DNA of 64,000 bases, taken from Acidobacteriota bacterium (lineage in GTDB: Bacteria > Acidobacteriota > UBA6911). This document shows positions 29,901 through 38,448 of this stretch, in pieces. A program made the position numbers and the translations under genes. Position 1 is the stretch's first letter, and every line of letters begins with the position of its first letter. The notes below the pieces were generated by a model. That model searched no databases, was not told where the DNA came from, and was given only the letters and a program-made list of their open reading frames with translations. Where the stretch lies: assembly GCA_963664705.1 (NCBI GenBank), contig OY761556.1, forward strand, positions 2,464,001 through 2,528,000, in the 5' to 3' direction.

Positions 29901-32647
29901 TGACCGAACACCGCGCCGAACTAAGCCGACGGGAAACGGTATATCTGGAACTCGAGCAGCGATATCAGGACATGCAAGCGCAAGCGGCGGCATTTCAGAC
30001 TGCTCTGAATGATTCGCAAATGGCTCTGTCACGCCAAGCCGAAACGCACGATACCGAAATTTCCCACCTTGAAGCAGCTCGAAAAGAACTGCAGGAAAAA
30101 CTTCAGACTGAAGAGCCGCAGATTCGTGAACTCCGGCAGGAGCTGGCCAATGCGCAATCTGCCATGGAACGGATCGTTGCAGAACATAGCAGCGAATTGC
30201 AGCGCAGGGATGCCGCACACCTGGAATTAGAGAAACTCTTCCTGGATGCCCAGGCTCAAATAATCGCGCTTCATACAGGCATGGGCGATGCTCAAATGGC
30301 GCTGTCACGCCAGGCCGAAATGCACGATGCCGAAATTTCCCACCTTGAAGCAGCTCGAAAAGAACTGGAGCAAAAACTTCAGACTGAAGAGCCGCAGATT
30401 CGTGAACTCCGGCAGGAGCTGGCCAATGCGCAATCTGCCATGGAACGGATCGTTGCCGAGCATGGCAATGAACTGCAGCGCAGGGATGCCACACACCTGG
30501 AATTAGAGAGACTCTTCCTGGATGCCCAGGCTCAAATGGCCGCGCTTCAAACTGCAATGGGCGATGCTCAAATGGCGCTGTCACGCCAGGCCGAAGCGCA
30601 CGATGCCGAAATTTCCCGCCTTGAAGCAGCTCGAAAAGAACTGGAGCAAAAACTTCAGACTGAAGAGCCGCAGATTCGTGAACTCCGGCAGGAGCTGGCC
30701 GATGCGCAATCTGCCATGGAACAGATCGTTGCAGAGCATAGCAGCGAATTGCAGCGCAGGGACGCTGCACACCTGGAATTAGAGAGACTCTTCCTGGATG
30801 CCAAAGCTCAAATGGCCGCGATTCAAACCGCAATGGGCGATGCTCAAATGGCGCTGTCACGCCAGGCCGAAGCGCACGATGCCGAAATTTCCCGCCTTGA
30901 AGCAGCTCGAAAAGAACTGGAGCAAAAACTTCAGACTGAAGAGCCGCAGATTCGTGAACTCCGGCAGGAGCTGGCCGATGCGCAATCTGCCATGGAACAG
31001 ATCGTTGCAGAGCATAGCAGCGAATTGCAGCGCAGGGACGCTGCACACCTGGAATTAGAGAGACTCTTCCTGGATGCCAAAGCTCAAATGGCCGCGCTTC
31101 AAACAGGCCTGGGCGATGCTCAAATGGCGCTGTCACGCCAGGCTGAGGCCTATTCCGAGGAATTCGCCAGGCGCGATCACGAACAAAAAGATTCCGAACA
31201 GAAGAGGGAGTCTGCGGTATCCCAACTGCTTTCACTTCAAACCGATCTGGCCCAACAGGCACAGGCTCATATGGCAGAACTCTCCCGGCGAGATCTTGCC
31301 TACCAGCAGCTGGAACAGCGCTTCAGCAGCCTGCAGACTTCTCTTGATAAAACAGAGGCGGAGTTGTCCTCGCAGATTGAAAAACACATCACCGAAAGTG
31401 ATCAGTGGAAAAACGCGCTGCAGGAATTGGAACAAAAGGTAAATGCCGGCAATCAGCATCACGCGGAAGCCCTTCAGGCCGAAATCCGTGAATCTGATAC
31501 GCGCATCGCCCAACTGGCAAAGGAAAACCAGTCCACAGCAATGCAGCTGGATCGCATTCGGCAGGAACTGGGACAGGTCCGGACCGAATTCGACGATCTG
31601 CAATCCAGGTATCACCGTCTGTCTGTTCTCTCTTCTTCGGGTATTTTGATTACAAGCATTGAAGGAGATGTATTGCAATGCAATGATGCCGCGGCCAGGA
31701 TGTTCGGTTTCCCGTCCTCCAAAGAGATTCTCCCGCAAGCCGGGAGGCCCCCCCTCAGAATATATTCTTTCGAAGGAGCTCTCGCAGCCCGGTTCCAGCA
31801 GGATGGCAGACTCGAAAATATCGAATGGGCTTCCTTGAATCGGGCAGGCGTTCTTTGCTATTTCAGGGAAAATGCCACGCTGATAGAGGCTGCTTCGGCG
31901 GATAAGGAACCGGTTGTTGAAAGGGTCCTGACCGACATCACCGCGGTGCAGAAACTGAAGGAGGAAATCAGGCGCGTCCGCAGATTGGATACGACCGGCG
32001 ATCTCGCGGTTGCCGCCGTTCAGAGCTTACAGGATTTGTGCGGATCTCTTGCACACTGCAGCGAGCTTTTGAGACAGGCGCCTGATAATTCTGATATTGT
32101 CAGAAAAGTTGCGGACGACATTTCCAGCGATGCCAACCGCGGCATCAAACATGCCCGTCAATTCCTGCAATTGTCCAAGAAGCAGGAACGCAGCCCGGCA
32201 CCCGTCAACCTGAACAAAATACTGACGGAAAATGCAGTCTTGATGCGCAGCCTGGTGGGAGAAGATATCGAGCTGCAAACCATCCTGCCGCGAAGAACTG
32301 CACTCGTATCGGCCGATCGGCAGGAAATTATTCAGCTGATCTCCAACATGATTGCCAGCTCGCGGGAAGCGCTTCCTCTGGGAGGAAGCATCAGCATCGA
32401 AATCACGTTATTGGACATCGATGCCGCGAACAAAATTTATCCATCATCCCTTCAGGCAGGAATCTACACTTGCATGAAAATAAGCGCCGATGGCTGCGCC
32501 GTTCAGCCTGAAAGACGCACCGGGTCCATTCGAGCCATCCTGGAACGAATGGGAGGCTGGCTGGAAAGCACGCACACGCCGCACTCGGGCAACATACACA
32601 CCATCTATCTGCCCAGGATTGAAGTCTGCGCCGAAACTGGAGAATAG
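26984..32647 (+). CDS. Giant signalling protein: REC-REC-PAS, ~1160-aa coiled coil, PAS, degenerate histidine kinase core
   Basis: YDVVVLD...ALT...ITK and ALVLD...LLT...IEK receiver motifs; two PAS-like segments; E/Q/L/A-rich heptads; C-terminal LVGEDIEL, ADRQEIIQLISNM, ALPLGG and IYLP. Confidence 0.85.
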   Translation: MNIVFISNDARDADFFKHELEKSGAPIHVELSPSVLDAMVRIGNGGNYDVVVLDTSLSTTDAVSLVSFIRQEKKQLSIIALTASDSQTVPAELQNAGIDQVITKRPGYTVQFPEILQHLHQPQQGESASRRRQVQLLYAGKFEIAQRYLSNVTQLKLEPAPIAPDGTWQISENSATPTADALVLDLGLTAAQALKAVKDSVQRLQDVPVILLTIPGDDDTALHAIRAGAADCIEKSGNFFHRLLLVLQREIGRRELARERATLRAREERLRLIVETLPTGVTVIAPDGSILAMNNVGLQTVSALNLDQIIGKSLADLTPAAVHQEILSFVAAVCSGKSGSFKTDLHSLDGSTRPVELRAVPMKRDGSGSTAALVVLHMGGDAAAQQLALQQTAKLETAAKEHTARIRELEDDLQRRQSEWESDLKAADARRIVVEAEKETLRLSVEQAAGRYTQLLAEQQIERNNWEELRQELQEQYSKIEEVAQSLRSEQSSLQETHRVGLEEWTRQRNEFDEKQKAAEQQASDLSLQLERERSEWAHQRQELEQQCTDNEGRRSQLESSLRSVESNLAQILEQNRQELSGRDAVFQELEHKCHAAEERCQELQAAAQSHQSRVAQLTDAHSAEIGLRNSAYSDLERRLREAEELVEAKDSACIAAESQLAQLTESHAREISALEDKYRSAEDRLASQESTRIEMASKFAQLDDEHHRNLEAKESEHRELLSKLQISEQQNSALESALRNADTGVAHLTEKHSAEISELTSARQQLEQKLQNAEAQKVLLESALRRIESNLTELAQIHTLESAQQAQAQQELESRCAAMQTALREAESGFALQKDVYEKQLASREIELKSFEQQCGALQNETTALKTALHDAESRLGQATQAQKYESDRRDASHRDLVQLCQDLKAQVAALQTALGDAQMALTRQAESHATEISRQMAIAQELESKVEVAGSRTLDLQNELNQKQSEYSERVTEHRAELSRRETVYLELEQRYQDMQAQAAAFQTALNDSQMALSRQAETHDTEISHLEAARKELQEKLQTEEPQIRELRQELANAQSAMERIVAEHSSELQRRDAAHLELEKLFLDAQAQIIALHTGMGDAQMALSRQAEMHDAEISHLEAARKELEQKLQTEEPQIRELRQELANAQSAMERIVAEHGNELQRRDATHLELERLFLDAQAQMAALQTAMGDAQMALSRQAEAHDAEISRLEAARKELEQKLQTEEPQIRELRQELADAQSAMEQIVAEHSSELQRRDAAHLELERLFLDAKAQMAAIQTAMGDAQMALSRQAEAHDAEISRLEAARKELEQKLQTEEPQIRELRQELADAQSAMEQIVAEHSSELQRRDAAHLELERLFLDAKAQMAALQTGLGDAQMALSRQAEAYSEEFARRDHEQKDSEQKRESAVSQLLSLQTDLAQQAQAHMAELSRRDLAYQQLEQRFSSLQTSLDKTEAELSSQIEKHITESDQWKNALQELEQKVNAGNQHHAEALQAEIRESDTRIAQLAKENQSTAMQLDRIRQELGQVRTEFDDLQSRYHRLSVLSSSGILITSIEGDVLQCNDAAARMFGFPSSKEILPQAGRPPLRIYSFEGALAARFQQDGRLENIEWASLNRAGVLCYFRENATLIEAASADKEPVVERVLTDITAVQKLKEEIRRVRRLDTTGDLAVAAVQSLQDLCGSLAHCSELLRQAPDNSDIVRKVADDISSDANRGIKHARQFLQLSKKQERSPAPVNLNKILTENAVLMRSLVGEDIELQTILPRRTALVSADRQEIIQLISNMIASSREALPLGGSISIEITLLDIDAANKIYPSSLQAGIYTCMKISADGCAVQPERRTGSIRAILERMGGWLESTHTPHSGNIHTIYLPRIEVCAETGE
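29690..31150 (+). repeat. In-frame 276-bp (92-aa) tandem repeat, about 5 units
   Basis: The GDAQMAL-encoding segment recurs near 29732, 30008, 30284, 30560, 30836 and 31112. The last four units are nearly identical in DNA. Confidence 0.95.
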
Positions 32648-32649
32648 TC

Positions 32650-32800
32650 GGGAGCGCCGCCATGCAAGCAACCACGCCCATGGCCGGCGAGGCGGCTAAT
32701 GCCGCATATTATTTGTCGAGGGCGAAGCCCTTCGGAGTGCGGTGGCAAGCCACCGTCTTCGGCTTTTAGGATCTTCAAAGGCGGTGGCGCTTCCAGCCAC
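32650..32800. repeat. Composite intergenic repeat (REP-like motifs plus MITE-like end)
   Basis: CGGCTAATGCCGCATATTATTTGTCGAGGGCGAAGCCCTTC matches the reverse complement of 63901-63941 with 2 mismatches. It is followed by a GGAGTGCGGTGGC...AAAGGCGGTGGC repeat pair. Confidence 0.8.
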
Positions 32801-32820
32801 GCACATACCGCGATAGCGCG

Positions 32821-34521
32821 CTATAAATGCGAACGATCAAATATTTCGCGCTGCGCTTTCAGCGGATCGTTTGCCACTTTGCATTCATTATCAAAAATCA
32901 TCACGGGACGTTTTGCGGAATCGTATGGATCCCATTTCGGCAGGCCGCTTTTCTTCGAATTGGGGTTTCCAGTGCTCGCAAATGCGATCCAGGCTTCACT
33001 GACCTTGGCAGCCAGCCTTTTCGCTTCCGGAACGCCGCCCGTCAATGCAGCCCCACCCTCCTCCACATTGTCGAAGACAAGCGGCATTTCCAGGCCATGG
33101 GGGCTGAGGAACTTGCCATTGAAAATCGGAGTTTCCCAATCCAGCCGGTAGAGATACGCCGGCGCGCGGCCGAGAGTCGCCTTTCTTTCGGCAATCTTCA
33201 CCGACCCCGCTCCCATCATGGAATAACTGGAAATATAAAAGTAGATGCCGGAGGGAGACAGTTTCGGATACTCCGAACGATATACCTTGATCAGTTCCTC
33301 CGCATCCTTCCCGACCAGCAGTGCAACTCTCTTCTTCAGCCCATCCTCATCAAGGGCGAAAACCTGCGCATCTCCCAGTGAAAAAACAGTGGATTCCGTT
33401 TTATTCCATCCGACCATGACCGGAACATCTTCAGATATGCGCGTAGCCGATGGGTCAAAGGGATGCGCCGGCAAAATCTTGGGGTCGAGAACCGGACCGA
33501 AGGGACCGCTGCCAAGCCCTCCACCGCCCTTATACTTTGCCGTGGCTGAAAAGTAGGCGGAAAGGATTTTGTCTGTAGTGAAATTTTGAATTTCCGGGAG
33601 ACGGGCTGCGCTCAATCCCAATTCGGCAAGGAGCAGCTCCGCAACCCTGGTCGCAGATTCCCGTTCCGCCATTCGCAAACCAGGCCCGCTTTCAATGACG
33701 GCGGAATGAAACAGCCCTTTTGCCGGGGGACAGGCCAGTAGCATGGAGACTTTGGCCCCGCCACCCGATTCGCCGAATATCATGACGCGCTTCGGGTCTC
33801 CCCCAAACCGCTCGATATTATCTCGGACCCATTCCAGGGCAGCCACGATGTCCAGTTGCCCCGCGTTTCCCGAATAGGCAAATTCCGGGTGACCCAAATC
33901 TCCGAGATGAGTATAGCCAAAAACATTCAGACGATGATTGACTCCCACCATTACAACATCGCCCCGTCTGGCCAGATTTGATCCATCGTAGAGCAAATCG
34001 GACGCAGCACCCTGGCTGAATCCTCCCCCATGAAGCCAGACCATTACCGGTCGTTTCTTTGTTGCGCCCAAGCCGGGAGTCCAGACATTTAGAAACAGGC
34101 AATCCTCGCTCTCCGGAGGTGGAACTCGAAATCCATCCGATCCGGCCAGAATCTGCGTCATCTCGGTTTCCGGAGCGGCAATGCCCCGAGTGGACGGATT
34201 CGTCTGGGGAGCTTTGTACCCAAAGGAAGTGGCATCGCGCACGCCGCTCCAGGGCACCGGTTTTTGAGGCGGAAGAAACCTGTTTTTTGCAGCAGTGGAG
34301 GCACCATAGCGGACACCTCTAAAAGTGTATATTCCATTACTCAGGAAGCCACGGACTTTGCCATATACCGTCTCCACAATCGGATCGCCTACTACCGGCC
34401 CCGCAGCTCCGAGGAGTCCTGGAATGGAATAGGTTGTGGCAAACATACCGGCTGCAACCGCTGTCCCACCAATAAACTTTCGTCGGTCAATCTTCATATT
34501 TCGCATTGCATTATCGGACAC
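32821..34521 (-). CDS. Tat-exported type-B carboxylesterase
   Basis: GTG 34521 with AGGAGG SD; RRKFIG twin-arginine signal; SEDCLFLNVW, HGGGF, GESGG and HGLE. Confidence 0.92.
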   Translation of the reverse strand: MSDNAMRNMKIDRRKFIGGTAVAAGMFATTYSIPGLLGAAGPVVGDPIVETVYGKVRGFLSNGIYTFRGVRYGASTAAKNRFLPPQKPVPWSGVRDATSFGYKAPQTNPSTRGIAAPETEMTQILAGSDGFRVPPPESEDCLFLNVWTPGLGATKKRPVMVWLHGGGFSQGAASDLLYDGSNLARRGDVVMVGVNHRLNVFGYTHLGDLGHPEFAYSGNAGQLDIVAALEWVRDNIERFGGDPKRVMIFGESGGGAKVSMLLACPPAKGLFHSAVIESGPGLRMAERESATRVAELLLAELGLSAARLPEIQNFTTDKILSAYFSATAKYKGGGGLGSGPFGPVLDPKILPAHPFDPSATRISEDVPVMVGWNKTESTVFSLGDAQVFALDEDGLKKRVALLVGKDAEELIKVYRSEYPKLSPSGIYFYISSYSMMGAGSVKIAERKATLGRAPAYLYRLDWETPIFNGKFLSPHGLEMPLVFDNVEEGGAALTGGVPEAKRLAAKVSEAWIAFASTGNPNSKKSGLPKWDPYDSAKRPVMIFDNECKVANDPLKAQREIFDRSHL

Positions 34522-34625
34522 GAGAGAACCTCCTATTGCTGATGTAATGAATCGCACACCGACCTGGCACCGAATACAATCCGACTTCCCGGTTCGATCC
34601 AATAACTGGAATCCGGCAATCGTCA

Positions 34626-35453
34626 CTACACAGCCCGCAGAACAGTAATAAGATAACCTCCATTCCTATCACGTTCGTCTCCGGTCTGCTCATATACATC
34701 TTCCAACACACGGGATCGAAAAAAAGCTGAGGCCATCAGCCGGAACCATTGAGCCGGGATTCGGCCATCAACCGGGGAATCCAGCGATCCCTCTTCGAAA
34801 GACACATGGGAAAGCTCCATTGGAGATAGTTCGTGGCGCCGCATGGTGGCATATTCCACGCGGACGCAGATGCCACCGCGAACCAGTATCTGGCGCAGAT
34901 TTTTGGAAATGATTCTTCCCTGCTCCAATCCGGACTGATTTGCCTTTGCATCCATTTCCTTCACGCTGTCCGAATCATCATCCACGGTGAGGGAAAGGCT
35001 TCTGGCAACTCTGCGATCGCTCTCGTCAAGGAGACCGGAGCGCGGGCCCGGACCGTCTTTGCTGGCGAAAGGAACCATGTTGGGAAAGCAGAAGACAACC
35101 AGATCCGCTTTCCCACGCATCACTTTGAAATCAGGAAGCCGTGTTTCAATCAGAGAGATCCGGTCCAGACATTTTTGCGGCAACTGTGCCATGTGGTGCA
35201 ATGCTTTCTGCAGCATGAACGCGGACCCATCCAGCCCGACCAGCTTTGATTTCTCAAATCGACGGCTGAGCAGTCCCAGCAGGTGTCCCGGGCCGCAGGC
35301 ATAGTCCACGATTATCCCTGGGTCCTGGACATACGAATCTCTTATGAAGTCTGCAATCTTTCTGTAGGCGCGGGCATGGACCGAATCCTGCGAATGCTGC
35401 AGCCACCAATGCCCAACTTCACCATTGTAGGCAAATCTGTTCTTGTCGCGCAT
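34626..35453 (-). CDS. Class I SAM-dependent methyltransferase
   Basis: Motif I VDYACGPG, VGLDGS, DLVV and LVRGG. Confidence 0.75.
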   Translation of the reverse strand: MRDKNRFAYNGEVGHWWLQHSQDSVHARAYRKIADFIRDSYVQDPGIIVDYACGPGHLLGLLSRRFEKSKLVGLDGSAFMLQKALHHMAQLPQKCLDRISLIETRLPDFKVMRGKADLVVFCFPNMVPFASKDGPGPRSGLLDESDRRVARSLSLTVDDDSDSVKEMDAKANQSGLEQGRIISKNLRQILVRGGICVRVEYATMRRHELSPMELSHVSFEEGSLDSPVDGRIPAQWFRLMASAFFRSRVLEDVYEQTGDERDRNGGYLITVLRAV

Positions 35454-35543
35454 ATGGGACCCATTATAGCCTCGATGTGTAATAATGGAGACTTACTTGA
35501 TAAAAATGCAAATCCATCCAACCCTCAACCGAGGAGGTATCAG

Positions 35544-36074
35544 ATGACCAGGCGGGCTTGCGCGGCAGCATTTGTGCTATTGATTGCGGGGACATTTGCT
35601 TTTCGTTCCGTATCCGGCGGGGAAAAGGCCACCATTTCCGAGCGTCTCCAGAGGCTGGAAGACCGTGAAGAGATACGGGAACTGCTGATGAATTATGGAA
35701 AGTTCCTGGACCAGAGGGATTTCGCCTCCTTCTCAGGGCTTTTTGCCGAGAAGGATGGAGAGTGGATTGGCGGGCTGGGAAAGGCCAAGAGTCGCGATTC
35801 CATCCGCAAACTAATGGAAAGTACCATTGGAAGCGGCAGCGCCGGCGGACCCAATTGTCACGTGTTTACCAATGAAATGATCCAGGTGGATGGAAGCCGG
35901 GCAAAAGCCCTCACCAAGTGGATCTTTATGATTCAAAACAGTTCCAAGCAGCCTCAGCCTTATTATGTCGGCCACTACGACGATATGTTCATCAAAGAGA
36001 ATGGCCGATGGAAATTTCTCAAACGGACGGTCTACAGCGATATTCCACCCGATGAACCCTCATCACGCAAATGA
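35544..36074 (+). CDS. Exported SnoaL-like/NTF2-family protein
   Basis: GAGGAGG SD, signal peptide, LEDREEIRELL, GHYDD and ENGRWKF. Confidence 0.82.
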   Translation: MTRRACAAAFVLLIAGTFAFRSVSGGEKATISERLQRLEDREEIRELLMNYGKFLDQRDFASFSGLFAEKDGEWIGGLGKAKSRDSIRKLMESTIGSGSAGGPNCHVFTNEMIQVDGSRAKALTKWIFMIQNSSKQPQPYYVGHYDDMFIKENGRWKFLKRTVYSDIPPDEPSSRK

Positions 36075-37444
36075 ACCGACCCAGTTTCAGATGGAATTGC
36101 CGTTGAGAGGTCGCCCGAATTAGTCTTTACGGAGAGCGCCTGTGGACCAAATTGAATCCCGATTTTGTGCAGAAAATTGTTCGGAGCGACCCCGCCGGCA
36201 AATACCCAGACAAAGTCATTCTTTATTTCTTTTCGTGTGCCGGAGCAATCCAGCACGACGCTCCCCTCTCTGAATTCAACCGGATTTGAACTAAACCAAA
36301 CCTGTATCCGACCCGAGCGCATGTATTGTCCGATGCGCTTTGCATTTCGATCCTTCAACCGGCTGAATACTTCCCCGCGATAGGAAAGCGTTATCCGGTT
36401 TCCTTTTTGATTAGCTAATCCCGTTGCAGCCTCAATGGCGCTATCCCCTCCTCCGACCACCAGAATTTGCCGGTTCGTATAAGCCTCTGCCTCGACAAGT
36501 CGATACATAACCTTCGGCAGTTCTTCTCCCTTTATTCCCAGTTTGCGTGGCGTACCGCTTCGGCCAATCGCCAGGACAATGGCGCGAGCTCTGTATTGTC
36601 CTTTCGGAGTAGTGATTTCAAATATCCCATCTTCAGCCTTTTTGATATCCTCCACGCCTTCGTTGGTTCGCGCCATAAAGTCTCCACGTTTGCCGACCTT
36701 GGCCCAGAAATCGAGAATCTCCTCCTTTGAAAGAGCCATCTTTTTGAATTTTCCGTACAGCGGAAAATGCACGGGACTGGTCATGACCAGCTTTTGCCGC
36801 GGATACTTGGAAACGGTCCCGCCAATTTCACTCTGCTCCAGCGTCAGATATCGCAGGCCGTTTTCGATGGCGCGCAGAGATGCGCTGATGCCCGCAGGGC
36901 CTGCGCCGACAATACACACATCAAACGCGCTCGCGTCCGTTCCCGGCGCACTGCTGCGCATTCGTCCGGCAATAGTATCGATGCAATCACGCCCCTCGTT
37001 CACCGCATTCTTGATCAGCGCCAGGCCTCCCAGCTCTCCCGCAATAAAGAGTCCGGAAATGCTGGTTTCGTGTTCCGACGAAAGATACGGCAGATCTGCG
37101 TTCATGCTGGGCGCCGCGTTTATCATTTTTATGGCACCAACAGGGCAGGCATCGGCGCACAATGCATGACCAATGCACTTGTGTCCGTTGATGATTGTGG
37201 CCTTGCCTTTCAAGACAGCAAGAACATCCCCTTCCGGACAGGCTCTGACACAGCTGCCGCAACCGATGCAGGTGGAGACATCAATGCTCGGGTGCTGCGC
37301 CCGGGGCCCCTCGGCAAACAGCTTTCCCTTCTCCGTGGATTGAAGCGTACGAACCCTGTTGGATCGCAGGCGCCATAGATATATGAAAAGAGGCACGGCA
37401 AAGATGATAATCGTGAGGATATAGCCCGGCAGCAAATCTGTCAT
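36032..37444 (-). CDS. Membrane-anchored 2x[4Fe-4S] ferredoxin fused to a TrxB/FNR-like FAD-NAD(P)H oxidoreductase
   Basis: N-terminal TM helix; CIGCGSCVRACP and CIGHALCADACP; GLFIAGE; GAGPAG; GGGDSA plus YR. Confidence 0.88.
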   Translation of the reverse strand: MTDLLPGYILTIIIFAVPLFIYLWRLRSNRVRTLQSTEKGKLFAEGPRAQHPSIDVSTCIGCGSCVRACPEGDVLAVLKGKATIINGHKCIGHALCADACPVGAIKMINAAPSMNADLPYLSSEHETSISGLFIAGELGGLALIKNAVNEGRDCIDTIAGRMRSSAPGTDASAFDVCIVGAGPAGISASLRAIENGLRYLTLEQSEIGGTVSKYPRQKLVMTSPVHFPLYGKFKKMALSKEEILDFWAKVGKRGDFMARTNEGVEDIKKAEDGIFEITTPKGQYRARAIVLAIGRSGTPRKLGIKGEELPKVMYRLVEAEAYTNRQILVVGGGDSAIEAATGLANQKGNRITLSYRGEVFSRLKDRNAKRIGQYMRSGRIQVWFSSNPVEFREGSVVLDCSGTRKEIKNDFVWVFAGGVAPNNFLHKIGIQFGPQALSVKTNSGDLSTAIPSETGSVHLRDEGSSGGISL

Positions 37445-37497
37445 TGTGAGCCCGATTCACAAGTCCTGTATACAATCGTAAAGCATCCGGCAATTGT

Positions 37498-38448
37498 TTA
37501 GAAGTACCCGAACCATGTCACGACGCTCACATGAATGATCACGAAAAATGCGAAGGAGATGCTGAAGGGTCTATGAATCACATGCCACCCGTAAAACACG
37601 CGCTGGGTTTGAGACAGAAATAGAATTCGCTTCGATAATGCAGCCTGCCTGGAAGCGAGACGAACGGCCTTCTCAAGCTCTGCGTCCGAGCTGTGGATTA
37701 CTCCTCCCAGCAAAGCGGACCGGCCGGAAGCCTTGATTCCCTGCCGCCGCAGCCTCCAAACCATGAACGGTCGAGCAATATCCAGCAGAACCATGCGCAT
37801 CAGCGCACGGTACAGCGGGATGGACTGAATCTCGCCAATTGCGGGCAATCGCAGCAGTTCTTCTATTCGGAAGAAAGGCAGTGCTTTCTGGGACCGTAAC
37901 TGTTCAACCAGGTCATTCTTGAGATCCTCCATCTCCTTCAATGACAATTCCGCGGCGCCGATGTTCCTGGGAATCTGCGCATAAAAATAGCGACCGATCA
38001 TACCGCTGATCACCAGCGCCATCATTGTCCAATAAGCCATACCGGCAAACCCGTGCAGTTTGAAGGCAGAATGAAATGTAATCAGAACGGGGGCGGTTAA
38101 CCCGAAAAGGACATGGTAGTCGAACCAATTGCGTGTCTTGCCAAAACGCCCCAGAAACGCCCAGTGTTTCCTCAGAGGATAGAGATAAACCATGGCAAGG
38201 AACGTGAAGCCGCACATTCCCAGCCGAATCCCGATATTCCCACTCGGCTTCAAATAGACATGTTTGGGTGAAAAGGGTCGCGCAGTCAGATCAAGGAAAT
38301 AGTAATCCCACCCATACGCAATCAGGCTGATCCCAATACAGACAACAGCAGCCCCAATTGCGATGATCCCCAGTCTCCTGCCGATTCCTTGTCCGACGCT
38401 CAGCGCCGGCGCAGCTCTATCTGAGTCCATATCGATCGATTCGTTCAC
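37498..38448 (-). CDS. Inner-membrane protein, probable diheme cytochrome b (ferric-reductase-like)
   Basis: About 5 hydrophobic helices; HVLFGLTAPVLITFH and HRPFSISFAFFVIIH (both H-x13-H); GTGA overlap with the upstream gene. Confidence 0.75.
   Translation of the reverse strand: MNESIDMDSDRAAPALSVGQGIGRRLGIIAIGAAVVCIGISLIAYGWDYYFLDLTARPFSPKHVYLKPSGNIGIRLGMCGFTFLAMVYLYPLRKHWAFLGRFGKTRNWFDYHVLFGLTAPVLITFHSAFKLHGFAGMAYWTMMALVISGMIGRYFYAQIPRNIGAAELSLKEMEDLKNDLVEQLRSQKALPFFRIEELLRLPAIGEIQSIPLYRALMRMVLLDIARPFMVWRLRRQGIKASGRSALLGGVIHSSDAELEKAVRLASRQAALSKRILFLSQTQRVFYGWHVIHRPFSISFAFFVIIHVSVVTWFGYF

Noticed and set aside
29690-31150. Possible CRISPR or other spacer array
   Set aside because: The units are contiguous, in frame and lack unique spacers; there are no cas genes in the window.
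29868-31262. 464-aa minus-strand repetitive ORF and repeated short ORFs
   Set aside because: They are by-products of the 276-bp coding repeat on the plus strand.
32699-33151. ORF starting MPHIICRGRSPS, similar to the ORF at 63711-63935
   Set aside because: The similarity comes from the shared non-coding repeat end; the rest is antisense to real genes.
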